Virus record (IMG/VR): IMGVR_UViG_3300017774_001562
Location: 1 to 52,351 of that record
DNA length: 52,351 nucleotides
Source of the DNA: a virus
Taxonomy: Duplodnaviria; Caudoviricetes
Strand: one strand, 5' to 3'
The notes below the pieces were generated by a model, which was given only the letters and a program-made list of their open reading frames with translations, ran no database searches and had not been told where the DNA came from. The translations under genes were made by a program, and so were the position numbers. Of this stretch, positions 1 through 8,147 are shown piece by piece. Every line of letters begins with the position of its first letter. The first letter of the stretch is position 1.

Positions 1-543
1 AGGACCAGCGCCACTATAGTAAGTATGAAACACTACTCCAACCTTAGCAGAATTTACTGCCTTACCTAACTTGCTATCGGCAGGCCAAGCATAGGTTAGC
101 GTATTTGGCGTAGCAGTATAATAACGCTCACCATCAATAGTTTTAGTTGCTACATCTTCATCAGTAAAAAGAAGGTCTCCCTGGACTACTCCTTTGATTT
201 TAAGCTCAGGAAAATACTTGAGACAAAACTTAAGCTTCTTAGCAAGGTCAGGTATCTCACCGTGATTTTTTTCAATATCTTCTTCGGTGAAGTTTACCTT
301 TGGTTCTTTCTTATTAAATACTGACTTAGTGCCCACAAAAAACTGTTTGGATTCTGGATCAATACCACAAACAATAGCAGGCGCACCATCCCACTTGGTA
401 GTAACGGTCACACGACCAGTAGGACGACCACCAAGCTCGTCAATAAAATTCTGTATGAGGTCCTTAGAAGCTACGTATCCGCCATAACCAAAATTGATTA
501 ACTCGTCTTCTAAGTGCTCCAGGTGTTTGTTCTGGGTTGCCAT
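1..543 (-). CDS. Conserved T4-like phage hypothetical protein (DUF6267-like), 3' end off-window, with KxDG nucleotidyltransferase-like motif
   Basis: Not in ORF track because it has no stop in the window. Hand translation from ATG at 543: MATQNKHLEHLEDELINFG...VTTKWDGAPAIVCGIDP...FVGTKSVFNK...GVVQGDLLF, open to position 1. Confidence 0.85.
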   Translation of the reverse strand, partial: MATQNKHLEHLEDELINFGYGGYVASKDLIQNFIDELGGRPTGRVTVTTKWDGAPAIVCGIDPESKQFFVGTKSVFNKKEPKVNFTEEDIEKNHGEIPDLAKKLKFCLKYFPELKIKGVVQGDLLFTDEDVATKTIDGERYYTATPNTLTYAWPADSKLGKAVNSAKVGVVFHTYYSGAGP

Positions 544-565
544 CTATGGGAAAAGGGGTCCCCTC

Positions 566-572
566 TATTTAG
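566..572 (-). promoter_or_regulatory. Late promoter variant CTAAATA
   Basis: CTAAATA on the minus strand about 23 nt before the ATG at 543. Confidence 0.5.
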
Positions 573-590
573 GTTACCCCTATCATAGCA

Positions 591-1001
591 TCAAATGTCG
601 CCGTCTGCTCGGTTTTCTGAATGGAATACGTCGAAAGCACCATCAGGATATCGTGCTGTGAGTTTCATGACATTTGTTAATACAACTTCATTCAAGTCAA
701 CCTCCAACCCTAGCATCGCTTGAGTGAAATACCAATACACATCACCTAGTTCTTTAAGTAAATGAATTCTATTTTCTTCTGTTAATTCTTTACCTTGAAA
801 GACTAACTTCTTAATAATCTCAGTAAACTCTCCTGCTTCAGCAGACATTCCTACAGCAGCAGTCATAAGACGAGCAATAGGAACATCACGTTCGTTTAAT
901 TGCTGTATGCGAGCAATCATTTCTTCGTTGCTTTTAGATGGATAACTTGTAGTGCTATCCACAAACTGAGTATACTTATCTAGATCAACTTGCTTTGTCA
1001 T
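591..1001 (-). CDS. mazG: MazG-like nucleoside triphosphate pyrophosphohydrolase
   Basis: AEAGEFTEIIKK...KELGDVYWY (ExxE...ExxD acidic motif); usual position after gp41 in cyanomyoviruses. Confidence 0.9.
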   Translation of the reverse strand: MTKQVDLDKYTQFVDSTTSYPSKSNEEMIARIQQLNERDVPIARLMTAAVGMSAEAGEFTEIIKKLVFQGKELTEENRIHLLKELGDVYWYFTQAMLGLEVDLNEVVLTNVMKLTARYPDGAFDVFHSENRADGDI

Positions 1002-2374
1002 ACAATAAATTCGGTAAACTTGCTAAATTTGTTTTGTGCTTTTGGTTGCTCTTCATATTCTTCATCATCAATAATAATCGAAGATGTATCGGCAACATCT
1101 ACATTATACAACTTCATCTTAGATCTGTCAACTCCAATCAAAAATCTTTTATTAAAAGTAGGATCGTTATAACGATTTTTTAATTGTTTAACTAAAATGT
1201 GACCATTTTTTTCCAAATCCTCTGTAGAGATGAGAGCAAACATAAAGTCAGCAGTAGCTGGCAAGCCAAAAGACTCACTGGTATCAGTGAGATCGACATC
1301 GCTATTACCAAACCCACTCCTAGTAGTTTGTGTGGCAGTGACAATGGGCACGTTGTGTTCGACCGCCATTCCTCTAAGTTCTTCTGCAATCGCCTTGACA
1401 TATGTATATGAGTTTACAATAGCACCTTTGTATCTAGACGAAGAGCATATATTTAAATAATCAATAAAAATAATTTCTGGTTTAAATGATTTCTTCAATG
1501 ATAATTCATTTAGTAATCCTTTAAAATGACCTGCATGAGCTGCGGCAGTTGGGTATTCTTTAATGATAAGGCGACCTTGTGTTTTCTTACCAATTTCGCG
1601 AATACGAGAAGTAAAAATACTTTCTGGTATAGCACCAATATCTTTAATATTTACATTCAAAAGATTAGCATCGATGCGCTCAGCAATTTTTTCTTCTGCC
1701 ATTTCAAGAGTAATGTATAAAACATTTTTACCTTGTTGCATACAACTAGCAGCACAATGGCACATAAACAATGACTTACCAACACCTGTGCCAGCAAGCA
1801 CAACGTTTAATGTTTTGTTAGGAATACCACCCTTCGTAATAGAATTAAATTTTTCTAAATCAAAAGGAATTTTAGATTCTTTTAAATGATAAAAATCATA
1901 TCTTTCTTCTGCATTTTGCACGTAGTCATGCCCTACATGTTCGTCGAAAGATACTGCCAGGGCCTCTTGGAGTATGGCGGGGATCGCATCTGGTGATACT
2001 TTTGTATTGCCTCCATCTGCGATTTTGATAGACTCCAAGAGGGCAAGATAGATGGCTCTGTCTTTACACCATTTTTCTGTGGTGTCAAGCAACCAGTTGT
2101 GTTCGACTGGGGCATTGGTAAGACTTTGAATAGTCTTAACAGCATTTTGATATACTTCTTCATTTAAATCTTTCCTACTTTCTAAATTAATGATAAGCAC
2201 TTCTGCTGTTGGTAGCATCTCGTAGTTATTTGCAAAATTCCAGACTTCCTCATAAATTATCTTTTCGTGTATCTCATTAAAATAATCTGGTTTAACAAAA
2301 GGCACAACCTTCCTATAAAAAGGTTCGTTACAAAGAAGGTTACGCAGAATTGTTGTCTCTATTCTTTCACTCAT
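998..2374 (-). CDS. gp41: DnaB-like replicative helicase
   Basis: Walker [41 protein letters not shown]. Confidence 0.97.
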   Translation of the reverse strand: MSERIETTILRNLLCNEPFYRKVVPFVKPDYFNEIHEKIIYEEVWNFANNYEMLPTAEVLIINLESRKDLNEEVYQNAVKTIQSLTNAPVEHNWLLDTTEKWCKDRAIYLALLESIKIADGGNTKVSPDAIPAILQEALAVSFDEHVGHDYVQNAEERYDFYHLKESKIPFDLEKFNSITKGGIPNKTLNVVLAGTGVGKSLFMCHCAASCMQQGKNVLYITLEMAEEKIAERIDANLLNVNIKDIGAIPESIFTSRIREIGKKTQGRLIIKEYPTAAAHAGHFKGLLNELSLKKSFKPEIIFIDYLNICSSSRYKGAIVNSYTYVKAIAEELRGMAVEHNVPIVTATQTTRSGFGNSDVDLTDTSESFGLPATADFMFALISTEDLEKNGHILVKQLKNRYNDPTFNKRFLIGVDRSKMKLYNVDVADTSSIIIDDEEYEEQPKAQNKFSKFTEFIV

Positions 2375-3380
2375 CTACTACTCCATACATGAATTCTTTC
2401 TTAGCACATTCATCTAAAGCTTGGAGAATTTCTGGAGTAAAGTATTTCTCTGGTTCTTTATAGATGACAGAAGGATATACTGTGCCACCAGCAATCTTAA
2501 CTCTATTACCAACTACTTCAAATACTCCGTGCTTTGATCCAAGTTCAACTAATCCATAATACTTATCAAGACCGCGTGAATCATAATACAATCTTGTTTC
2601 CACTAATGAATTTTCTTTAGTGAAGCGTGACTTCTGTGTCTTGACTTTAATGATGTTACCAATAACTTCAGTGCCATCTTTCTCTTTCTTTTTAGAAAGG
2701 AAAAGAATACTAGAAGCAGAATACTTCAGACCACTGCCACCACCCATTTCTTTAGTTGGCACATAAGCACCAACAACATCATAAGTGTGATTCGTAACAA
2801 TCATAGGAATTTCTGCTTGACCCATCTTGAGTGAAAGAATACGAAAGATGGATTTGATAAGCTGAGCACGAGTCATGTCTTTGGTCTCCTTACCATCGGT
2901 AGCATCTTGTATTTCTTTAGTAGTGGAAAGCATTCCTAATGAATCAAGCACAAAAAGCAAAGGAGGTCTATCTGCTTTTTTTAATTTCATATAAGAATCA
3001 ATAATCTTAATACTCTGAGTACGAAATTCTTGAACGGTAGATACAGGAACAAGTCCCACTCGTTTAATATCTATGCCACGACCAGATAACATATTCTTTT
3101 CAATAGCTGATTCTGTTTCGAAATAAATTACCTGCGCTTCTGGATTATTTTGTAAAAAATATTTTACAATAGAGAGAGAAAAAAACGTTTTCCCTGTGCC
3201 AGTTTCTCCAGCGATAGCAGTAATTTTATTTGATGGCAGACCACCAAAGATACTCCCACTAATAAGAGCATTCAATATGTAGCTACCAGTGTCTACAAAT
3301 GTGTTACACACAGTTGTGTCTTCAACTATATTTGCATGTTCGTTATCCAACTCCTTAATAACAGACTGTAAAAAATTCAT
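2367..3380 (-). CDS. uvsX: RecA-like recombinase UvsX
   Basis: [33 protein letters not shown]; lies between gp43 and gp41. Confidence 0.96.
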   Translation of the reverse strand: MNFLQSVIKELDNEHANIVEDTTVCNTFVDTGSYILNALISGSIFGGLPSNKITAIAGETGTGKTFFSLSIVKYFLQNNPEAQVIYFETESAIEKNMLSGRGIDIKRVGLVPVSTVQEFRTQSIKIIDSYMKLKKADRPPLLFVLDSLGMLSTTKEIQDATDGKETKDMTRAQLIKSIFRILSLKMGQAEIPMIVTNHTYDVVGAYVPTKEMGGGSGLKYSASSILFLSKKKEKDGTEVIGNIIKVKTQKSRFTKENSLVETRLYYDSRGLDKYYGLVELGSKHGVFEVVGNRVKIAGGTVYPSVIYKEPEKYFTPEILQALDECAKKEFMYGVVDE

Positions 3381-3386
3381 AATACC

Positions 3387-5879
3387 TCAACTAAAGAAAC
3401 TTGTAAGCGAACCACGACGTTCGTATTGCCATCCAATACATTCTAGCACAGTTTTCAGTGGTTCGAGAAATGATTTTTCAAACTGTGTGGAGTAATCAAC
3501 ATACTTCTCTAAATTAAACTCATTAGGAAGTCTTTGAAAAAAAGCAATAGTATTTTCTCCAATAGGATTTGGAGTTTTTAAATACAAAAATTTAATCTTT
3601 TCTCCTTCTTGAATCAACGGATACTTGTGCTCTAAATTTTTATTTTTTATATGATAGTTATACAGCAAAGCACCACGCACTTGAATAGGGCAACCTTTAG
3701 CATAGACACCATTATTTTTTTTATATTTTTGCAACCCATTACAACCACGAGGGAAAGCAATGTTAAGATAATTCTGCTCCTTAGTGTCACCTTTGATGTT
3801 ATCAATAAATTCAATCAACTCCTCATTATTTTTGGTGATGATAATGGTGTATGCTTGTATGAGCTTATCTCTAAAATAAGAAGGTGTAGAAGAACGTGCC
3901 GTTTCCATACCACAGATTTTCATCTTTGCTGCGTTATAACGCACACCTTCACTATCCCATACGTTGAGAACATAGCGTTTCTTCGCGGTCCAGAAACCAC
4001 GCTCGGCAATATTCTCACGCTTCATTGTCATCATCTGTGCGTAGGCATTGAGGTATTCTGCCAATTCTTTGTAAGAATCTTCAATATACTTTTCAAGTTC
4101 CACCGCACAGATCTTATCAAGGAACGAGACAATGCTTTCAGGAGTTTTCTCTCTGCCTGCGTATATCTTGTCAACCAGAGGACCCAGATTGAGATACATA
4201 GAATCAGTATCAGAAGCAATAACATAGTCAGCACCTTTTGTTTTTAGAATCTTATTCAGATAAGCATTCATCTTATTACCAATCCAGCGAATAGCAAGCT
4301 GACCTGATAGTGTGATTGCTTCAGCGATTTCAAGTTTGTAGTAACGAAAGTGCTCGTTACCAATAGCACCATAGGCAGAGTTAAGTTGAATCTTACGTGC
4401 CATCTGAATGTTGTTACACCGAGAAATCTCTTTCTTCAACTCAATTGTTGGTTTGTTTTCATACTGCTGTTTAGCAGCAAGCATCTTCTTTTTATAGATG
4501 GTGCGATCCTCATATATCTTCTTCATCAGCTTGGGAAGAAACCCCTCGTGCTTGGTGGTGTAGTGCGTCCCATTGGCACACAGAGTCTCCCCTGAGAGGT
4601 CTGAAGTATCAAACTCTTTACCTAGTAGCATATCCACATTGACGCTGCTACGGTGAGGCAGGAGCGTCTCGGGAGAAAGGTTATATTGCATAATCAAATG
4701 CGGATACAGAGAGTTAAGGTCAAATGAAACTACCCAATCATACATACCAGGCACTGGTTCTTTAACATAAGCACCAGCATATTGAGCGTTTTTTGAAGAT
4801 TGATGTTTTGGTGGAATAGCAATCTTCATCTTATCAAGATAGATGTAAATAATATTATCCCACATACGCACCTGAGAATATACATCCTCATAATTTACCT
4901 TAGCATCATACGCCATAGTAAACGCAAGCTCAATCAACTTCATTTTATCTTCTAACTGATCTACAAGACGCACGTCAATTATATTATACTTAACAAACTT
5001 GTCCCAATCTTTAGTATAGAATTCCTTAAAGGTGTCAAACTCAGAGTGATCAAGTTTCTTGGCATCAAGTTCTACAGAAGCAATATGGTCAAGCCTATAT
5101 GATTCTTGGTTGGTATAAGTAAACTTCTTATACAACTCAAGGTAATCTAAACAAGCAACACCTGTAATGTCATACGCAAAGTTTTTACGCCCCTTAATAT
5201 AAATTTCACGACCAGAAACTAATTTCCAAGGAGAAAGTAATTTTGTATGTTTTTCTCCAAGAATACGATTCATGCGATTGCAGATGTATGGAATATCAAA
5301 TAGTTGTACATTCCAACCAGTTACAACATCAGGAGTATTTTCCTGCCACCACTTGAGAAAGCAAGAAAGAAGTTTTGTTTCGTTGTCACAGTGCATGTAA
5401 TCAACTTGTTTGTCTTCATTCTTAAAACTTTTTGATCCCCAAACAATGATACGATTTGTAAAAGAATCACGCAGAGAAATAAGTAGAATCTCTTGATCTG
5501 CGGTTTCAATATTTGGAAAACCATTTTCAGCACCTGTTTCAATATCAAGTGTGAATACTCGGATTAAAGAAGAATCATATTTGATTTCATCAGTTGGATA
5601 TTTTTCATTTATGTATTGATACAAATACCTGGTGTTTCCATGAATTTCAAATTCTTCAACTCCTTCGTATTGATTAACAAATTGTCTACAATCAGCAATA
5701 GTGCCAGGTTGCATACGACGTAAATTTCTACCATCAAGACTTTTATAATCTGATTTTTTGTCTGAAGAAACAAAAAGAGAGGGTTTAAACTCCTCTCTAT
5801 ACATTACATCTGTGCCATTTTCATGAGCACGAATTAAAATTTTATTGCCTACTTGCTCAATATTCTTATAAAATTTCAT
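3387..5879 (-). CDS. gp43: Family B DNA polymerase (unsplit, no intein)
   Basis: ExoI DIET, SFDLNSLYPH, KIQLNSAYG, ASDTDS, KKRY. Confidence 0.98.
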   Translation of the reverse strand: MKFYKNIEQVGNKILIRAHENGTDVMYREEFKPSLFVSSDKKSDYKSLDGRNLRRMQPGTIADCRQFVNQYEGVEEFEIHGNTRYLYQYINEKYPTDEIKYDSSLIRVFTLDIETGAENGFPNIETADQEILLISLRDSFTNRIIVWGSKSFKNEDKQVDYMHCDNETKLLSCFLKWWQENTPDVVTGWNVQLFDIPYICNRMNRILGEKHTKLLSPWKLVSGREIYIKGRKNFAYDITGVACLDYLELYKKFTYTNQESYRLDHIASVELDAKKLDHSEFDTFKEFYTKDWDKFVKYNIIDVRLVDQLEDKMKLIELAFTMAYDAKVNYEDVYSQVRMWDNIIYIYLDKMKIAIPPKHQSSKNAQYAGAYVKEPVPGMYDWVVSFDLNSLYPHLIMQYNLSPETLLPHRSSVNVDMLLGKEFDTSDLSGETLCANGTHYTTKHEGFLPKLMKKIYEDRTIYKKKMLAAKQQYENKPTIELKKEISRCNNIQMARKIQLNSAYGAIGNEHFRYYKLEIAEAITLSGQLAIRWIGNKMNAYLNKILKTKGADYVIASDTDSMYLNLGPLVDKIYAGREKTPESIVSFLDKICAVELEKYIEDSYKELAEYLNAYAQMMTMKRENIAERGFWTAKKRYVLNVWDSEGVRYNAAKMKICGMETARSSTPSYFRDKLIQAYTIIITKNNEELIEFIDNIKGDTKEQNYLNIAFPRGCNGLQKYKKNNGVYAKGCPIQVRGALLYNYHIKNKNLEHKYPLIQEGEKIKFLYLKTPNPIGENTIAFFQRLPNEFNLEKYVDYSTQFEKSFLEPLKTVLECIGWQYERRGSLTSFFS

Positions 5880-6237
5880 CAGTTTCTTCAGTCTCCTGTA
5901 GTTGCTCTGGTGGTATCACATCGATATATGCTTTCAGCAATTCGGCATTAGGACTAAGAATAGTCAAAATATTATCCGAGCTGAAAACAACCTCTCTTTG
6001 ATCAGTATACCACGGCCAACGCTCAAGCGCAACCCTTTTCTGACAGGGTTTGCCAATTAGATCATCTGCAGGTAAATTAGCAATCCACTTTTCTTCTCCT
6101 TCATAAATGTAATCGGTGCCAACCGTAAATGGATTAATCAACTTACAGTCAGGTAATCCCATTTCCACATCTAACTCTTCTACCTCAGCAATAATGGATT
6201 CATTATTCTTCAATAATATCAACCTGGGATTCAACAT
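5866..6237 (-). CDS. Conserved hypothetical protein (small beta-barrel/Sm-like); start probably 6237 rather than 6267
   Basis: GGAG 9 nt before ATG at 6237; RLILLKNNESIIAEV...CKLINPF...RWPWYT; usual gene upstream of gp43. Confidence 0.75.
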   Translation of the reverse strand: MLNPRLILLKNNESIIAEVEELDVEMGLPDCKLINPFTVGTDYIYEGEEKWIANLPADDLIGKPCQKRVALERWPWYTDQREVVFSSDNILTILSPNAELLKAYIDVIPPEQLQETEETDEIL

Positions 6238-6544
6238 TTTTTTCGTCTCCATATAATTCTTCACCAAATTTTTCTAAATAAACTTTTAAAAGATCTTCCT
6301 CGACTTCTCCCAATGTAACAACATAACCATAAGGAATATGAAATTTATTGTCAGCAGAGAAAGGATTCCATTTACTAAAGTTGACACAATATTCAGTTGG
6401 GTTATCTTCTTTAGGATTTACATGAAGAATGTAAGGGCATTTAATAAGCAAGCAAAGATTTTTATTGGTTTCGCTATCTTTAACTTCAGATACACCAGCA
6501 ATAATTCTTTCTCCAATGTTTGTAACTAAAATTTTAAGAATCAT
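6203..6544 (-). CDS. Conserved hypothetical protein (likely paralogue of the downstream ORF)
   Basis: KILVTNIGERIIAGV...CPY...KWNPFS; directly downstream of a sigma70 promoter. Confidence 0.75.
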   Translation of the reverse strand: MILKILVTNIGERIIAGVSEVKDSETNKNLCLLIKCPYILHVNPKEDNPTEYCVNFSKWNPFSADNKFHIPYGYVVTLGEVEEDLLKVYLEKFGEELYGDEKNVESQVDIIEE

Positions 6545-6565
6545 AATATTTTAAAGTGTATTAAT

Positions 6566-6594
6566 ATTATAGCATAAAAAGAAAAGGGAGTCAA
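6566..6594 (-). promoter_or_regulatory. sigma70-type promoter TTGACT-N17-TATAAT with extended -10 TG, driving the gp43-uvsX-gp41 unit
   Basis: Minus strand reads TTGACT cccttttctttttatgc TATAAT; spacer is 17 nt. Confidence 0.85.
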
Positions 6595-6620
6595 GACTGG
6601 ATTTTGCCAGCATCGACTCC
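6576..6620 (-). terminator. Intrinsic terminator-like hairpin after hsp20
   Basis: GGAGTC-GA-TG-CTGG caaaat CCAG-TC-TT-GACTCC followed by CTTTTCTTTTT. Confidence 0.7.
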
Positions 6621-6652
6621 AAGCGACAACAATAGAAAGGGGTAGCCACTCT

Positions 6653-6659
6653 TATTTAT
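6653..6659 (-). promoter_or_regulatory. Late promoter ATAAATA just after the hsp20 stop
   Basis: Exact motif, followed by about 70 nt of non-coding sequence ending in the hairpin. Confidence 0.55.
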
Positions 6660-6663
6660 TAGA

Positions 6664-7107
6664 TTACACTTCTTCTATCAAAAATTGTTTTTTTGATTTT
6701 TCAATGTTATAAGTTATTCTTTTTTGATGCTCTGGAATAATTTGCTGTAATGAAATTGTAAGTAATCCATCTTCAAAATTTACTGTAGATACTTTTACAT
6801 CATCTCCAAGTTGCCATGTATTAATGAATGATCTTTTAGAAAGTCCTTTGTGTAAATATGTTCTGTCAGAATCTCGTTTCTCAACCTTAGAGGTAATTCG
6901 GAGAATGTTTTGTTCTGTAGAGATTTCAATCTCATCTGGTTTAAATCCAGCAAGAGCGATTTCAATTTCATAGTTAGAAGCATCTTTTTTGATTATGTTA
7001 TATGGTGGATAACTTGTGTTATGAGTTGACATTGAGTCAAGACGAGTAAACACACTGTCTAATCCTACTCCAAATGGAGCGTATAATTGCCATGTAGTCG
7101 GATTCAT
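6664..7107 (-). CDS. hsp20: Small heat-shock protein (IbpA/Hsp20 family)
   Basis: YPPYNI, EIALAGF, YLHKGLSKRSF, FEDGLLTI; AAGGAG SD. Confidence 0.96.
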   Translation of the reverse strand: MNPTTWQLYAPFGVGLDSVFTRLDSMSTHNTSYPPYNIIKKDASNYEIEIALAGFKPDEIEISTEQNILRITSKVEKRDSDRTYLHKGLSKRSFINTWQLGDDVKVSTVNFEDGLLTISLQQIIPEHQKRITYNIEKSKKQFLIEEV

Positions 7108-7158
7108 AATTGTTCTCCTTTAATAAGCGAGTGTTATTTGAGACCCCGAAGGCATCTC
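7108..7158 (-). promoter_or_regulatory. Structured 5' leader of hsp20, ROSE-like RNA thermometer candidate
   Basis: C(UUCG)G hairpin (7140-7158), then CUCGCUU-auua-AAGGAG pairing over the SD with a bulged G. Confidence 0.6.
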
Positions 7159-7214
7159 TTAATATTATATATTCTTTTGCAATGAAAATAACCGAGGCGG
7201 TATTCTCTACAAAT

Positions 7215-7349
7215 CTATTCGGTTACTTCGGTCATCAGTATAGTATATCCTAATTTACGATACCAATCCAAATAAAATTTCCCCCATGGAATAATAAACC
7301 ACTCAGCTTTTTTAGCAGGAGTTAAAAATAAAACTCTAACCGTTCTCAT
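7215..7349 (-). CDS. Small hypothetical protein, 44 aa (MRTVRVLFLTPAKKAEWFIIPWGKFYLDWYRKLGYTILMTEVTE)
   Basis: Hand-translated, below the track cutoff; start overlaps the regA 3' end by 14 nt and fills an otherwise empty gap. Confidence 0.55.
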   Translation of the reverse strand: MRTVRVLFLTPAKKAEWFIIPWGKFYLDWYRKLGYTILMTEVTE

Positions 7350-7764
7350 CTGGTTTTTTTCTTCCGATATTATACTTACTTTCTAAAGTCCATTCTTCTT
7401 TTTCTTTGAAAGCTAATACTTTTATTTGATTGAGTGGAGCAACATCACTAATAGCATCTGGAGTGATGAGCGTAACTAATCCCCAATCAGAAAGAAGTTG
7501 AATAATTCTATTTCTACGCTGAAGATCATTTACAGAAAGGTTAGTATTTTTTCCATCAAGAGCAAACAGCTCCTTGAAATGAACGATATAATACTTACCT
7601 TGCTTATGTAAAATATGACATGATTGATAGATAATTTTTTCTTTACGAGAGGCAACTCCAATACGAGTAAGGGTCTCTCTTACTTTTAAGAAATCATCAG
7701 GTTCGTTAAGCGTTACTTCAATCATATCAGATTGATTCCATTTAACTTCAACATCAATAGTCAT
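7336..7764 (-). CDS. regA: Translational repressor RegA
   Basis: PDDFLKVRETLTRIGVAS, QSCHILHKQGKYYIVHFKELFALDG. Confidence 0.97.
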   Translation of the reverse strand: MTIDVEVKWNQSDMIEVTLNEPDDFLKVRETLTRIGVASRKEKIIYQSCHILHKQGKYYIVHFKELFALDGKNTNLSVNDLQRRNRIIQLLSDWGLVTLITPDAISDVAPLNQIKVLAFKEKEEWTLESKYNIGRKKPDENG

Positions 7765-8147
7765 CGTTTTCCACCTTTATTTAATAAACGTTTAATATCT
7801 TCAAGTTGATCCTTAGATAAAATTCTCAATGCTTGTAAAGCTTTATCGGTATTATACCCATAATATTCTTTAACTACTTCGAGATTATCAATCAATGCTT
7901 TTCTTTCCCAAGGACTAAAACGCTTCCTTGGATTGATACTATTTATCAAAAAGTCATACTGCATCTTCTTGTCTAGATGAGGATACATATTCATCTCGTT
8001 TGAAAATAAAATAGTATCGTGAAAAGCAGCAAGACACTTGTTGATAATAAAAGGTGGGTATGCTTTTTCTGATTCATTATCAAGTATTACATTCTTCTTC
8101 GTCTGATTGATAGAAGTCAGATATTCGGATAGGCTTGGTGTTGGCAT
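7761..8147 (-). CDS. gp62: Clamp loader small subunit
   Basis: YPPFIINKCL, NEMN, QYDFLINSI..RKRFSPW, VKEYYGY. Confidence 0.93.
   Translation of the reverse strand: MPTPSLSEYLTSINQTKKNVILDNESEKAYPPFIINKCLAAFHDTILFSNEMNMYPHLDKKMQYDFLINSINPRKRFSPWERKALIDNLEVVKEYYGYNTDKALQALRILSKDQLEDIKRLLNKGGKR

Noticed and set aside
3651-4247. Long plus-strand ORFs antisense to gp43, dam (8107-8571), ORF170 (9003-9563) and gp47 (17716-18060)
   Set aside because: Antisense shadows, expected where the real genes under-use TTA/CTA/TCA; no SD, promoter or protein-like motifs.
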